A stretch of DNA of 64,000 nucleotides. Origin: Antechinus flavipes. Taxonomy: Eukaryota. This document shows positions 26,061-37,952 of this stretch, piece by piece (within the stretch, counting starts at the first letter, position 1; each line of letters begins with the position of its first letter). Made by a program: the position numbers and the translations under genes. The stretch spans positions 612,126,001-612,190,000 of the forward strand of contig NC_067400.1 in NCBI RefSeq assembly GCF_016432865.1, given 5' to 3'. The notes beneath the pieces were generated by a model. It had not been told where the DNA came from and made no database searches. It saw only the letters and a program-made list of their open reading frames with translations.

Positions 26061-28879
26061 AGTAGGGCATCCTCCCGGGTTCTGTATCGCGGATGGAGAG
26101 TTGGAAGATCTTCCCGCCCCCTCCCTGCCCATTGGTCCCACATTTCCTGGAGAAGAAGGAGGTGGGAGTAGGGATGGAGAAGGGGAGCATCTCCAGGGGA
26201 GGAGCCCGGTTTTTTATTCCGCCTTCCTGCCCTGGACCGAGCAGTATCTTGTCCGCTCCCCTCCCTTACACGATGGCCTCCAGACCCCGTCCCCTTCCGA
26301 CCACCCCCTCTGCTGCCCGGGGGATCCTCCCAGGTAAAGTGAGGTCCTACCGGATAACCCCCTCCTCAATCAACTTCCGTGGCTTCTCCAGGATGTCTGC
26401 TATTCAGAGGCCTTCAAAGCTTGGCCCCGCCTTACTTTCCAGTTATTTCTACGTTCCGTTTTATTTTAACAACCGCAGGAATTCAAAGATATACAATAGA
26501 AAAGAAAATGAGAAAAAAGTACAGTATTTTTAAGGAAGTCACCAAGGGGTGGTAACTGACAGTAGTCACTTCCTTTGTTTATTAATATTATTTTTATTAA
26601 TATTTGGGAAGTAATACCTATAGTATGGTCATCTTTGTTTTTATTTCTTTTACTTTCTTTCCTGTCGGTATAATTTTTAAATTTAAAACACATTTGTTTT
26701 CTTTCTCTTCCACACATTCTCAGTCCCACTGAACAAAAAAAAAAAAAAATTGAAAAAATAAAATTTGACGAATATGCAAAATTGATCAAAGCAAATTCTT
26801 TGTTGGCAGAGCCCACAAATGTCAGTCAGTCTATAAACATTAAGAACCCATTATATGACAAGTGCCGAAGGTGTGAAGAAGGGCAAAAGCACCACTAAGG
26901 GTAGGAAGAAGCTCACAGCCTAAAATGAAGGAGAGAGGGCAAGGTTTTCTGTAGAAGGTGAGGTTTTAGCTGAGATTTGAAGGAGCCCTGAGAAACCCAA
27001 GGGCAGAGATGAACTAGAACATTTCAGGCACAAAGGAGCAGGTGACAAAGCCTAGAGACGAGAGATAGTCTTGTGTCTCTTGTCTGTGGAACAACCAAGG
27101 GGCCAGTTTTGATTCCTTGGAAGAGAACATGACAAGATATAAGAAGACTGGGAAGGAGTTTAAGAACTTTAAATGCGAGCAGATGATTTTTTTTTTTGCA
27201 TTTGATTTTGGACGTGATAGGGGGTCACTGGAGTTTATTGAGGAGGGGGTGAGCTGTGCTTTAGGAAAATCACTTTGACAGCTGAGTGTAGGATGGACCT
27301 GAGTGGGGAGATTTGAGGAAGTAAGATTTGCCAGCAGCTGTTAACAATAGTCCCTGCATGAAGTGATAAGGACCTGAACCAGATTGGTGATAATGTTTCT
27401 GGAGAGAAGGGAGTGTGTGCTGGAAGAGGGTACAAAGTTCAGATCAATAAGCTTTGGTGACAGATTGGATAAAGGGGTGTGGTGGTAGGAGAAAAAAAGT
27501 CTAAGATGAAACCCATATTTTAGGCTTAGGTGGCTAGGACAATGATGATTTCTCTGTCATTAATAAGGGAGGTTTGGGATGGGAAAAAGTTTGGAGGGAA
27601 AGATAACAAATTCAGTGTTTGATATGTTGTCAAGATGTATTTGGGACATCCAATTCAAGATGTTTTGAAGTAGAAGAGAAACTGGAGGTTTAGGGAGGGC
27701 TAAATAGATTTGACAATCTATTAGTCCTTTACTAATGACAAATCTTTGCAGAAAGTTTCTTTGATACGTAAAGGACAATCATTGGCATAGAGATAGCAAA
27801 CATCCGTGGGAATTGGGGAGAAAACCAACTGAAATAGTGTAAGGAGAGAGTAAGAGAGGTTTCCCCCTCAGACTCTTATGGGACACCTACCTAGATAGTC
27901 ATTGAGATCCTCTTCAACTATAAAATTCGGTGAGTCTGTGATTGTTTTAGTTTGTCCTTCATTCTAGAAGAAGACCAATGACATCAAGAGTGAATGACTT
28001 GTGCCTGAATTGGATTTAAGTGAGGTGGTCATGGATCATTCAAGTCCAGTGGCAAGATAATAGTCAGGCCCATTGTTGATAGCCTAGGATGCAGTGGATG
28101 ACCCTGGTGTCTTCTATGTCTGATCAAGCTCTAAAATGATTCACAGCACCCGTTTCAGCCACCCTCATGGCCATTGGAACAAAAATTTTCCACTTACCCA
28201 TTCTGCCAGGGGCAGTCTTCCTGTGAGTTAGAGATACCCCTCTGACTCACTGATTTAACCCATCTACCAAGACATTTTTAGCTGGGAGTGACCCCTGCAC
28301 ATGCTACAGATTCTTGGAGCCACAGATGAGAGTTGAGTGCCAGGTGGACACCAACGGTAGTTGAGCAGCCCTAAAAAGGGATAGGCAAGTTTTTGACCAC
28401 GGGTTCTACTCCTGCATGAAAACCAATACATGTCAAGGGGGCAGTCAGGTATTAAAGTGGAACTCATCTTCTGAGTTTAAATCCAGCCTCAGATACTGTG
28501 TGAGCCTGGGCAAGTCACTTCACTCTGTTTGCCTCAGTTTCCTCCTCAGTAAAATGAGCAGGAGAAGGAAACCACTAGCTTTTTGAACCCAGGCAAGTCA
28601 CTTAACCTTGTTTGCCTTAGTTTTCTCCTCTGTAAAATGAACAGGAGAAGGAAATGGCAAACTGCTTCCATATCTCTGCCAAGAAAACCCCAAATGAGAT
28701 CACAAAAATTCAGAAATAATTGAACAACAATGGAGTCAGAGGGTTTAGGCTCAAATCCTGGCTGCAGAGTGACCTTGACTTTCTGGGCCTCAGTTTACTC
28801 ACCTGTTTGATGAGAGACTAGGACAAGATAATTTCTAAGGTTCTTTCTGACTTTGGGATTCTGTTTGGTTTGTGTCAAT

Positions 28880-30190
28880 CATTAGAGAAATGTAAATTGT
28901 TCATGAGTAGGCTGAGCCAATATGATAAAAAACTGACAGTACTATCTGAATTAATTTACTTTTTCAGCACTATATCAATCAATCTGCAAAGGATTACTTT
29001 ATAGAACTAGAAAAAGCAGTAATGAAATTCACATGGAAGAGCAAAAAAAAAATCAAGAATCTTAAGGGAAATTCTTTTAAAAGTGAGAAGGGAACCCAGT
29101 AATACCGAATCTCAAACTACACTACAAAGCAATAATCATCAAAATGATTTGGTTCTAGTTGAGATAGAGAAGTTGATGAGTGGAATAGATTAGATATATA
29201 ACACAGAGAAATATACCAATGACGCTAATATTAGGATAAGGATTATCAAAAATTGCTGGGAAAACTGGAAGGAAATTTGGTGCTTATATTAGGTAAAGAC
29301 CAACAACTCCAAGTCTCCATAAGTGCACTAAGATAAATTCCCAAAGTCATGAGATGATGAGGTCCTTTGCCAAATCCCCTTTAAGGTTATAGCCCAACAT
29401 GGTACTCTCTCATGTGGTGTCTCTCCTTTCCCCCCGCTTCCCCATGTTTCCTTATAGCTAACTAAATCTTAATTTAATATGGATTTGACCTGTCAGCTAA
29501 GGGTTTTCTCCAACCTCATGAGGCTAATTGTGTGTCCTACTAGGGCTCTTGTCTTTTCCATTGTTAATTGCTAAAACCCTTTTCCTTGTTAACCATATGC
29601 TCTCCCATCTCTATTTCATATTTATCTTTCCTGGTGTCTATTGTGTCTTTTCATTTTGCCTGTAACCTCTTCTTTTAAATAAACCAATCTTTTGCCAAAG
29701 AGAATGCCCATTGTGAATCCCATGCCCAGATCCCAACATTTAATACTTAATCAATCACATCATTTGGTGCAATTGTGTTTTGTATTTATGAGTAGGGGAA
29801 GAGTTATGACTAAACCAAGGACAGAGATCATAAAAGATAAAATGGACAAATCCGATTGCATAAGATGAAAAAGGTTTTACACAAACTGAATCAGTGCAGT
29901 TAAAACTAGAAAGGGAAGAAGTAACTAAACAAATCTTTGCAGAAAGTTTCTTTGATACGTAAAGGACTAATTCAAATTTATAACAAAAAAGTCCTTCTTT
30001 AATAGATCAGTATGCAAAATATATGAACATTCAGTTTTCAGAGGAAGAAATCCAAGCAATTAATAGCTATATGAAAAAATGCTCCAAATCACTAATAATT
30101 AGAGAGCTGCCAATTAAAGGAAGTCTGAGGTCCCATTTGAAACTCATATGATTGTCACAGTTGACAAAAATTAGAGATTACAAATGTTAG
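28880..30190 (+). mobile_element. L1 ORF2 3' fragment
   Basis: Decayed ORF2 (ELEKAVMKFTWK..., LKLYYKAIIIK); interrupted by an LTR. Confidence 0.75.
29355..29762 (+). mobile_element. ERV LTR nested in L1
   Basis: TG start, AATAAA about 29678, ends CA and is followed by TTTGGTG (PBS-like). Confidence 0.6.
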
Positions 30191-30214
30191 AAGGACTGTG
30201 GGAAAACAGGCACA

Positions 30215-30830
30215 ATAATGTAGTTTGTTTTTTACCTTTTTCCCCCGCAATTATACATCAAGACCATTTTTAGGTTTGATTTTTACAGAGTTTTGAGTTC
30301 TAAGTTTTTCTCTCATTCTTCCTTCCTTTCCCTCTCTTTTCCCTAAAATGGTAGGCTATTTGGTAGAGATTATCCAAGTGCTATCATGTAAAACATTTCC
30401 ATATTAATCACATCTGTGAAAGATAAAACAGATCAAAAAGAAAAAAAAAGTAAAATATTTCCATATTAATCACAGTTGTTAAAACTAAAACAGATCAAAA
30501 AGAATAAAATGGAAAAAATAAATCTCAATCTTCATTCAGAATCCTACAATTCTTTATCTGGATGTGGCTAGCATTTTCCTTTGTGAATCCTTTGTACTTA
30601 TCTTGGATCATTGTGTTGCTGAGAAGAGCTGAGTCATTCATACTTGATCAACACACAGTGTTGCTGATATCATATACAACGTTTTTCTGGTTCTGCTCAT
30701 TTCACTTTGCATCAACTTGTATTAAGTCCAGGTTTTTCTGAAATCTGACTGTTCATCATTTCTTATCCCACAATAGTGTTCTTTTACTTTCATATACCAC
30801 AGCTTGTTCAGCCATTCCCGATTGATAGCA
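30215..30830 (-). mobile_element. Marsupial L1 3'UTR
   Basis: Typical antisense L1 3'UTR text; contains a ~62-bp tandem duplication at about 30394-30505. Confidence 0.75.
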
Positions 30831-33800
30831 TGCATGTTTGTTATGAGAGTTTCATTGTCCCCTCTCCAAAAAAAATAGGGTGAGGAGGTAGAAGGCAGAG
30901 AAAATAAATGTTTATTAATAGAGAAATATTTTTTAAAAAATTCATTGTCTTAAAGATTAAATATTGTGCCTTTAAAAAAATTCTATAACAAACTATTTGG
31001 TCTTATTTCCTGAAATGAGCAATTCTGTTCATATCTGTACCATTTTATGTGTTAAATGCTAAACCAGAACCACTTAGATTATTTTTAGGAGTGGCTAAAA
31101 GCTACCAGCTAATATTTGGTATGTGGTTCTGTGTGTGTGTGTTTCTCTGTTTCCCTGTCTCTGTCTCTGTCTCACTCTCTGTATATCACGACATCAAAGT
31201 GGGAGACCACTTTTCTTAATGTCATATTTTATATAATAAAACTTCTGAAAGAACTAACTCTAAACACAACATGGAAGCTATTTCTTTGTTTGATATATGT
31301 GTATAAGGGCAAGCCAACAAGTATTTATTAAGTATTTACTATGTGCCAGATATCCAGCTAAGTATTGAGGAAGGGAATAATTTGAATTAATCACCTCCCA
31401 TTCCAGATGAAATAATAAGATGTTATACCCAGATTTTTGGAGGGATGGGATGGGGTGTATGTGAATTAATCAGGGTTAAGTGACTTGCCCAGGGTCACGA
31501 AGACAGTATTTGAGGTTGTATTTGAATTCAAGTCCTCCTGACTGCAGAGCTGGTGCTATATCTATTGGGACATCTAGTTGTCCCTCATTTGTTTTTTTTT
31601 CAACCAAGAGCACATTTATTGAATCAGTTAATTATTAAAAGAGCATTTAATTAACTGCAGAAAATCTGGTTAAGTTAGGAAGTAGTAGAATGTTTCCAGC
31701 CATTAGATAAAATTAAATGACATTATACAGGGATGTGTGTGGTAAATAAAATCAATCAATATTTATTAAGTACCTATCATATGTCTGGCACTGTGGTAAG
31801 CCTTGGGTATTTAAAAAGAGACAAAGGACATCTCCTGCCCTCAAGAAGCTTATAAAGCTAGCAAGGGAAACAACGTGCAAACAAATGTGTACAAAGCAAG
31901 CTTTATATAAGAGAAATAGGAAATAATTAACAGAGGAAAGACACTAGACTTAAAAGAAGTTGGGGAATGCTTCCTGTAATAGTGTTTATTAACTACCTAT
32001 TATGGGCTAGTCAATTAATAAATATATATTAAATACCAGTTATGTTCCGGTCACTGTGCTGAGCACTTGGGATATGAAGAGAGATGAAAAAAGAAAGACC
32101 CAGGAGGAGCTCAGAGTATAAATGGAGAGTCTAATGTATTACCAAGCTTTATAAATGGGAACAGACTCAGAGGGAGGGCATTAACATTAAGGAAGACCAG
32201 AAAAGGCTTCTTGTAGAAAGTGAGATTTGATCTGAAATTTAAAGCTGGAGAATCCAAGAGGTAGGAATGAGAAGAAGAGGAAAAAGCCAGGGAAAATCCT
32301 GGGGTCTGGAGAAGGAGTTTCTTGTTTGAGGAACAGCAAGGAGGACTGAGTCCTTGGATTATATGACATGTGGGGTAAGCTATAAGAAGGCTGGAAAAGG
32401 AGGAAGGGACTAGCTTGTGAAGGGCTTTAAAAGCCAAACAGAAAATTTTGTATTTAATCTGAGAGTTTATAGAGGTAGTAGGTAGCACAGTGAATATAGC
32501 TGTGGACCTGAAGTCAGGAAGAACTGAGTTCAAATCCAACCTAGATACTAGCTGCATGACCCTGGGCTGCCTCAATTTCCCTATCTGTAACATGGGGGTA
32601 ATAATGGAACCCAGATCTCAAAATTGTTAGGAGTATTAAATGAGATAAATATGAAAGATTTTACAAACCTGAGAGATTCTATAAATGCTAATTATTATTA
32701 TTGAATGGGAAAATATGGTTAGATTATCACTTTAGGAACCTCATGTTGAATTGGTTGGAAGGACTTATTCATGATCTATGGAGATTATATATTCCTTGGA
32801 GGGTTTGATGTGGATTTATACTTGGTTAGCCCCCATTAGTGTACTTCCTCCAGTGATTATCAGTTGATATCAATTATTCATCCAGACTTAAATAGCTACT
32901 AGAGTTCCAAAGCACAATTGGTATAAAATATTCCTCTCAAAAGTCTGGAACATTCTCTCACAAAATTATAAAGAGAGTCCTGAAGAAAGCAGACCCAAGC
33001 CTAGAAGTCTGAGTGGAAGATGGCTCCTTCTCTCCTCAGTCCCTGCCACCTTCATCACCCCAGTCCAAATAGGACTCTTGCCATACTTGGGTAGCTCTGC
33101 CTTTCTCAAGGCTCTTCCTTAATCCAATTCATTCTCCAGTCAGCAGTCAAAATGATCTTCCTAAATGCCATTTCTCTACTCAGTAAACTCCAGCGGCTCC
33201 CTATGATCTCTAGAAGAAAATATTAGTCTGTTTGCCATTCAAAGCTCTTTACAACTTAGCCCCTCCTACATTTCCAGCCTTCCTACGCCTTCCCCTTCCC
33301 TTCTCAAAAATATAAAGAAAGCAGATCTAAGCTTAGAAGTTTGTGTGGAAGATTCCAGGATCAAACCAGGAAAGGCAGGAAAGATTTCAGCCAAGCCTTT
33401 GAGAAGAGATCATATTGTGTTTTTGTGTGGGTTGGGGGGATGGGGAAGGGTGAGTCACTAGATGGTGACTGAATCTTTCTCTTCCTTAGTTGACTTTGCC
33501 TTTTCACTTTTTGGCAGAAGTTACTTACCCCTTGTCTGTCCTTATGGTTCCCTGGTTGATGACCTAGGGCGATTGTCAAAATATTAAAATTATATACTCT
33601 TGAATCCAGTGGCAATGATCTCCCTGCTGTTCCTCACACAAAACATTCATCTCCTGCCTCCAGGCATTTTCATTATGTGGCACTCCCTTCCTATAGCTGG
33701 AATTCTGTCCCTCCACATATCTCTGCCTTATGGCTTCCTTCAAGTATCAATAAAGATACCCCCTCCTCTAGGGAGCCTTTCCAGAGGCCTCTTAATTCTA

Positions 33801-34174
33801 GAGCCATTGATTAGTCTCAATTTATCTTATCCTTGACATGTGGTCACCTCCATTAGACTGGGAGCTCCTTGACACTTTGCTTTTCTTTGTATTTTCAAAT
33901 ACTTGGAACGATCCTGGTACATAGTAGATGCTTAATAAACGCTTATTGACTGATTACCTGTGAGTCATCACTTGGTCATACACATTTGGAGCTGTCTCTT
34001 TCTCATAGAAGTCGGCACTGCCGTGGCTACTTACGGTGAATCTTGAGGGTTTTTGGAAAGCAGAACTTCATGTACCAAGAAGGGTTGGCGTGGGGAGAGA
34101 AGCCCTTTCTGGCTTTTTTCTGAATGTGTGACCTGTATGTGATCAGAACCTTGGCTAGAATGACTTTTCAGTCT

Positions 34175-34956
34175 TGTTGAGATATGGGGCATCCAGATAA
34201 ATGCCTATGCTTGGGCTGGAGACTCTCTGAGCCTGAACACATGTATTGCAGTGTTTTTGAAAGCATTGAGGCTCAGAGTCTCCATCCTAAGCACAGGCGT
34301 TTATTTGAAATGACACATCCAGTGGGTCCTACTTCTTCTTCTTCTTCTTTTTTTAAATAGCTTTTTTATTTACAAGATATATGCATGGGTAATTTTTCAG
34401 TATTGACAATTGCAAAACCTTTTGTTCCAACTTTCTCCCCCACCCTTCCCCCAGATAACAGGTTGACCAATACATGTTAAATATGTTAAGTATAAATTAA
34501 ATACAATATATGTATACATGTCCAAATAATTATTTTGCTGTACAAAAAGAATTGGTAGGTCCTACTTCTTAAGGGAAATAGGTGCAGCACTGATGTGAAG
34601 GATGGGGTTTATATAGAGCAGAACATGCTAACAAACATCCTGGGTCTGGTCCAGACCACGATTGCCTGGTAACCAAAGCAAACAGGAGCTATACAGTTAC
34701 CCATAATGCATACAGAAAAACCCACTTGGAGGGGTATTAATTTAGGGTAATGGTATTATAATGAATCCATCTGCATCATAAGTTCATCCAAAGCAGTTTT
34801 TGCAGTAGGCATTGGCTAAGGGACAGTCCCTTCCTGTGGTTTCATGGTCAACATCCTATGTGGATAATGCATTCATTGGTTAAAATATGTTTATCTAGGG
34901 CAACAAGTGGCTCCTTATTGTCTAGCAATTGTTGCTAACATTGCTCGTTGCTAATA
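34175..34956 (-). mobile_element. Solo LTR with 4-bp TSD (GTCT), containing a nested L1
   Basis: On -: TATATAAA, then AATAAA, terminal CAACA. GTCT at 34171-34174 and 34957-34960. Confidence 0.75.
34338..34557 (-). mobile_element. Young 5'-truncated L1 with 13-bp TSD
   Basis: GGTCCTACTTCTT at 34325-34337 and 34558-34570; poly-T on +; TT/AAGA endonuclease-type site. Confidence 0.85.
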
Positions 34957-35094
34957 GTCTTGTATCCCTAATTCCCACTTTCATATGAGGAGATTTCAAT
35001 ATATATATTCATGCTCCCTCAAATATCCTAATTTCCCAGTTCCTTAGTCTAAACAATTCTTGTTACCTACTGTTCTATTCCATCTCAGTTTTTA

Positions 35095-35345
35095 TTGTTG
35101 TTCAGTCATTTTTAGTCATGTTTGACTCTTCCTGACCTCATTTGGGGCTTTCTTGGCAGAGATACTAGAGTAATTTGCCATTTCCTTCTCCAGCTCATTT
35201 TCCAGAGGAGGAAACTGAAGTAGACAGGGTTAAGTGACTCATTCAGGACCACACAGCTCAGTAAGTGTCTGAGACTGGATTTGAACTCAGGAAGATGAGT
35301 CTTTCTGACTTCAAACCTGGCACTCTGTAGACTATAGCAATAGCC
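35095..35345 (-). mobile_element. Marsupial MAR1/MIR-type SINE
   Basis: ttgttcagtc...tttgccatttccttctccagctcattt...ggatttgaactcagg pattern. Similar copies at about 28470-28730, 51190-51425, 53375-53560, 60320-60520 and 62590-62820. Confidence 0.75.
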
Positions 35346-37038
35346 TCCTAGGCGGGTCTCCCAATTTATCTTCCACTCAGTTGCTAAAGTGAGTTTTCTA
35401 AAGAGTAGGTCTGACCATGTTACCTTCCCCCGATCCCACTCAATGAGCTCCAATGGTTTCCTATTTCTTCCAGGATCAAATCTGACATTTAAAACTCTTT
35501 ATTGTCCAATCTCTATTATTCCCTTCTCTACTCTTTACAATTCAGCAGCATTGGCTCTTTACCTCTATCTGCTGTCTCAATGCTTTCTCATCTAGTTACC
35601 CTTCATTTTTGGGAAACTTCCCCTCCGTACCAATAAATCTATTGTAATGTCTGGGCTAGCTTTCTGGAGGACCTCTAGAGGGCTATTGGTCTCAGCAGGA
35701 TAGTTACCACGAGGATGGACAGGGATAGAGTCTAGAGTCTTTATTATCTCCTTCACAATGTGTGTCTGTCACAGTCTGACTCAGTCTTGATCTTAGTGCA
35801 GGAGAGCCCCCAGGAGGATGGTCAAAGATGCAACGTCCCATTTCCAGTCCTCCTCAGTCCTTATGTACCTTAGTACAATTACACCATTACAGCATACTGA
35901 GTATACGTGAACTAGAGAACCATCATCTCATCAGTTCCACTGAGCTGACACCTTGTTATAAGTATCCTTGTTTCAAGTATCTTCTCCAGAATTCCATACA
36001 ATCTATTGCCTTCCTTTGCATATTATCTTTCCCTTTAGATTGTAAGCTCCTCAAGGGCAGGCACTATTTTTGCCTTTATTTTTAACCCTAGTGCCTGGTA
36101 TAGTGAGAATATTGACCAACTAACTTAATCTCAGAGATCTAGTCAACTCTCTGAGGCTAAAAATTGCTAACCTATCTTGGTAAAGAGCGTTTCCTCACCC
36201 AGGAGTGCCCACTATCGTTGCAATCGTGGATAACTTCTTTCCCTTAAAATTTTCACATCTCCTTACAAACATTAAATGATGTTTGACCTGGTTAGTTTCC
36301 AAGTTTTTTGAACATACAAGAAGGCAACTGTCAAATATCTTGAAATTTAATCACTAGGTTAAATATTTTAAAAATATAAATAAAATTTTTGCTGATAAAT
36401 TTGATGTCACTTCTTCCCTGTATTCCTCTCTCCCCTACCTCCTTGAAAGCCACCTCAGTAAGTTAATATTTTATGGAGCAACTCAGGTTAATATCTGAGT
36501 GAGTCACTAGATGGCGACTGAATCTTTCTCTTCCTTAGTTGACTTTGCTTTTTCATTTTTTGGCAGAAGTTACTTATCCCTTGTCTGCTCTGGAGGTTCC
36601 TTTGGTTGATGACCTAGGGTGATTGTCAAAATATTAAAATGTAGAATTTTTTGCATTTATCTTCTGTTCCTTCCTCTAGGAGTAGTTTCTCCTTCAATTT
36701 CTCTCTCTCACTCTCTCTTTTCCCCCCCATATTCGTTGATTCAGACACTTAGGACATAGATTTATGTAGGTTTAGTATATATAAAATTGTAGTGATGATG
36801 AAACAGATCTACTCTTCTAGTCCTCCACTGAGATAGTAATCACCATGCCTTTCTTATCTTTCCAACCTCTTCTCTCCTCATCTTCTAAGCTGAGAAGTTC
36901 CCAAGTACACCAGACCATGAGGGGGTTGGGTGGTGGGATTCTCTAATATTCTTCAAGTACAAAGCTAGGGTGAAAGGGGAGAGGTCTTCAAGGCGCACTT
37001 GTTTCCATGGTTTTGCAGCAGCTTAAAGCATTCTCTGG

Positions 37039-37184
37039 NNNNNNNNNNNNNNNNNNNNNNNNNNNNNNNNNNNNNNNNNNNNNNNNNNNNNNNNNNNNNN
37101 NNNNNNNNNNNNNNNNNNNNNNNNNNNNNNNNNNNNNNNNNNNNNNNNNNNNNNNNNNNNNNNNNNNNNNNNNNNNNNNNNNNN
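37039..37184. other. Assembly gap (146 N)
   Basis: Run of N. Confidence 1.
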
Positions 37185-37438
37185 TTTCTCTCTCCCCTCC
37201 CCCCCCAACAGGGATTAAGTACAATCTTAGAGGGACAATCTCATTCTGAATGAGAAATCTAGTAGAAGACTCTCTCTGGTTTATCTTCCACTTCTGCCTT
37301 TCCCCATCCCCAATCATTCCAGGACCCACAGAAAGATTAACACAGACAATGGTTGATGCACATGAAACACACGGTCCCCCCCTTCCATCCTGACATTCAT
37401 AATGCACCTCTCTCTAACTCAGGAGTTCTTAGTGTTTT

Positions 37439-37594
37439 CAGGGTTCTGGACTCCCTAGGTAATCAGGCTGGATAAGCCTAAACAACCCTTTTCAGAATCA
37501 TGTTTTCAAATGCATAAAATTAGATACACAGAATTACAAAGGAAGCTAATTATGGTGAAATAATAAGTTTATGGACCTCAGGGGAAGAACCTAG
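37439..37594. mobile_element. hAT-like MITE
   Basis: Imperfect terminal inverted repeats CAGGGTTCT...AGAACCTAG; interior resembles ancient mammalian hAT/Charlie MITEs. Confidence 0.55.
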
Positions 37595-37952
37595 ACTCTA
37601 ATCCTCACATAGATTCCCACTGGCTCGCATGGGCACGCGCGCGCGCGCGCACACACACACATACACAAGTAAATGTATCAAGACCCATAAATACAAAATC
37701 TTCAACCCAGAAATTGGAGAATTGGAGAAAAATAAGTTTATTTCCATAAGTGGCAGGGAGGAGGTCTTCACCTCTATCCCAGATGTGTCTGTGGAGGAAG
37801 ATTAGGGTCAGTGACAATGCAGGGGATGGGAGTCTCTGCCTCTTAGCTGCAGGTAAGGCTTTGAGGAATTGGATACCGACATGAGTTAGGGGGACAAGGG
37901 AAGAGGCTGGTTGGTTTTTGGAGCTGGTCATGTTCTTCACTCATGTCTGGGA

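Noticed and set aside
34175-34956. Apparent decayed ERV pol/env translation
   Set aside because: TATA, AATAAA, termini and a 4-bp TSD identify it as a non-coding solo LTR.
36988-37407. ORFs spanning the N gaps (also 43095-43673)
   Set aside because: Length is an artefact of translating N as X.
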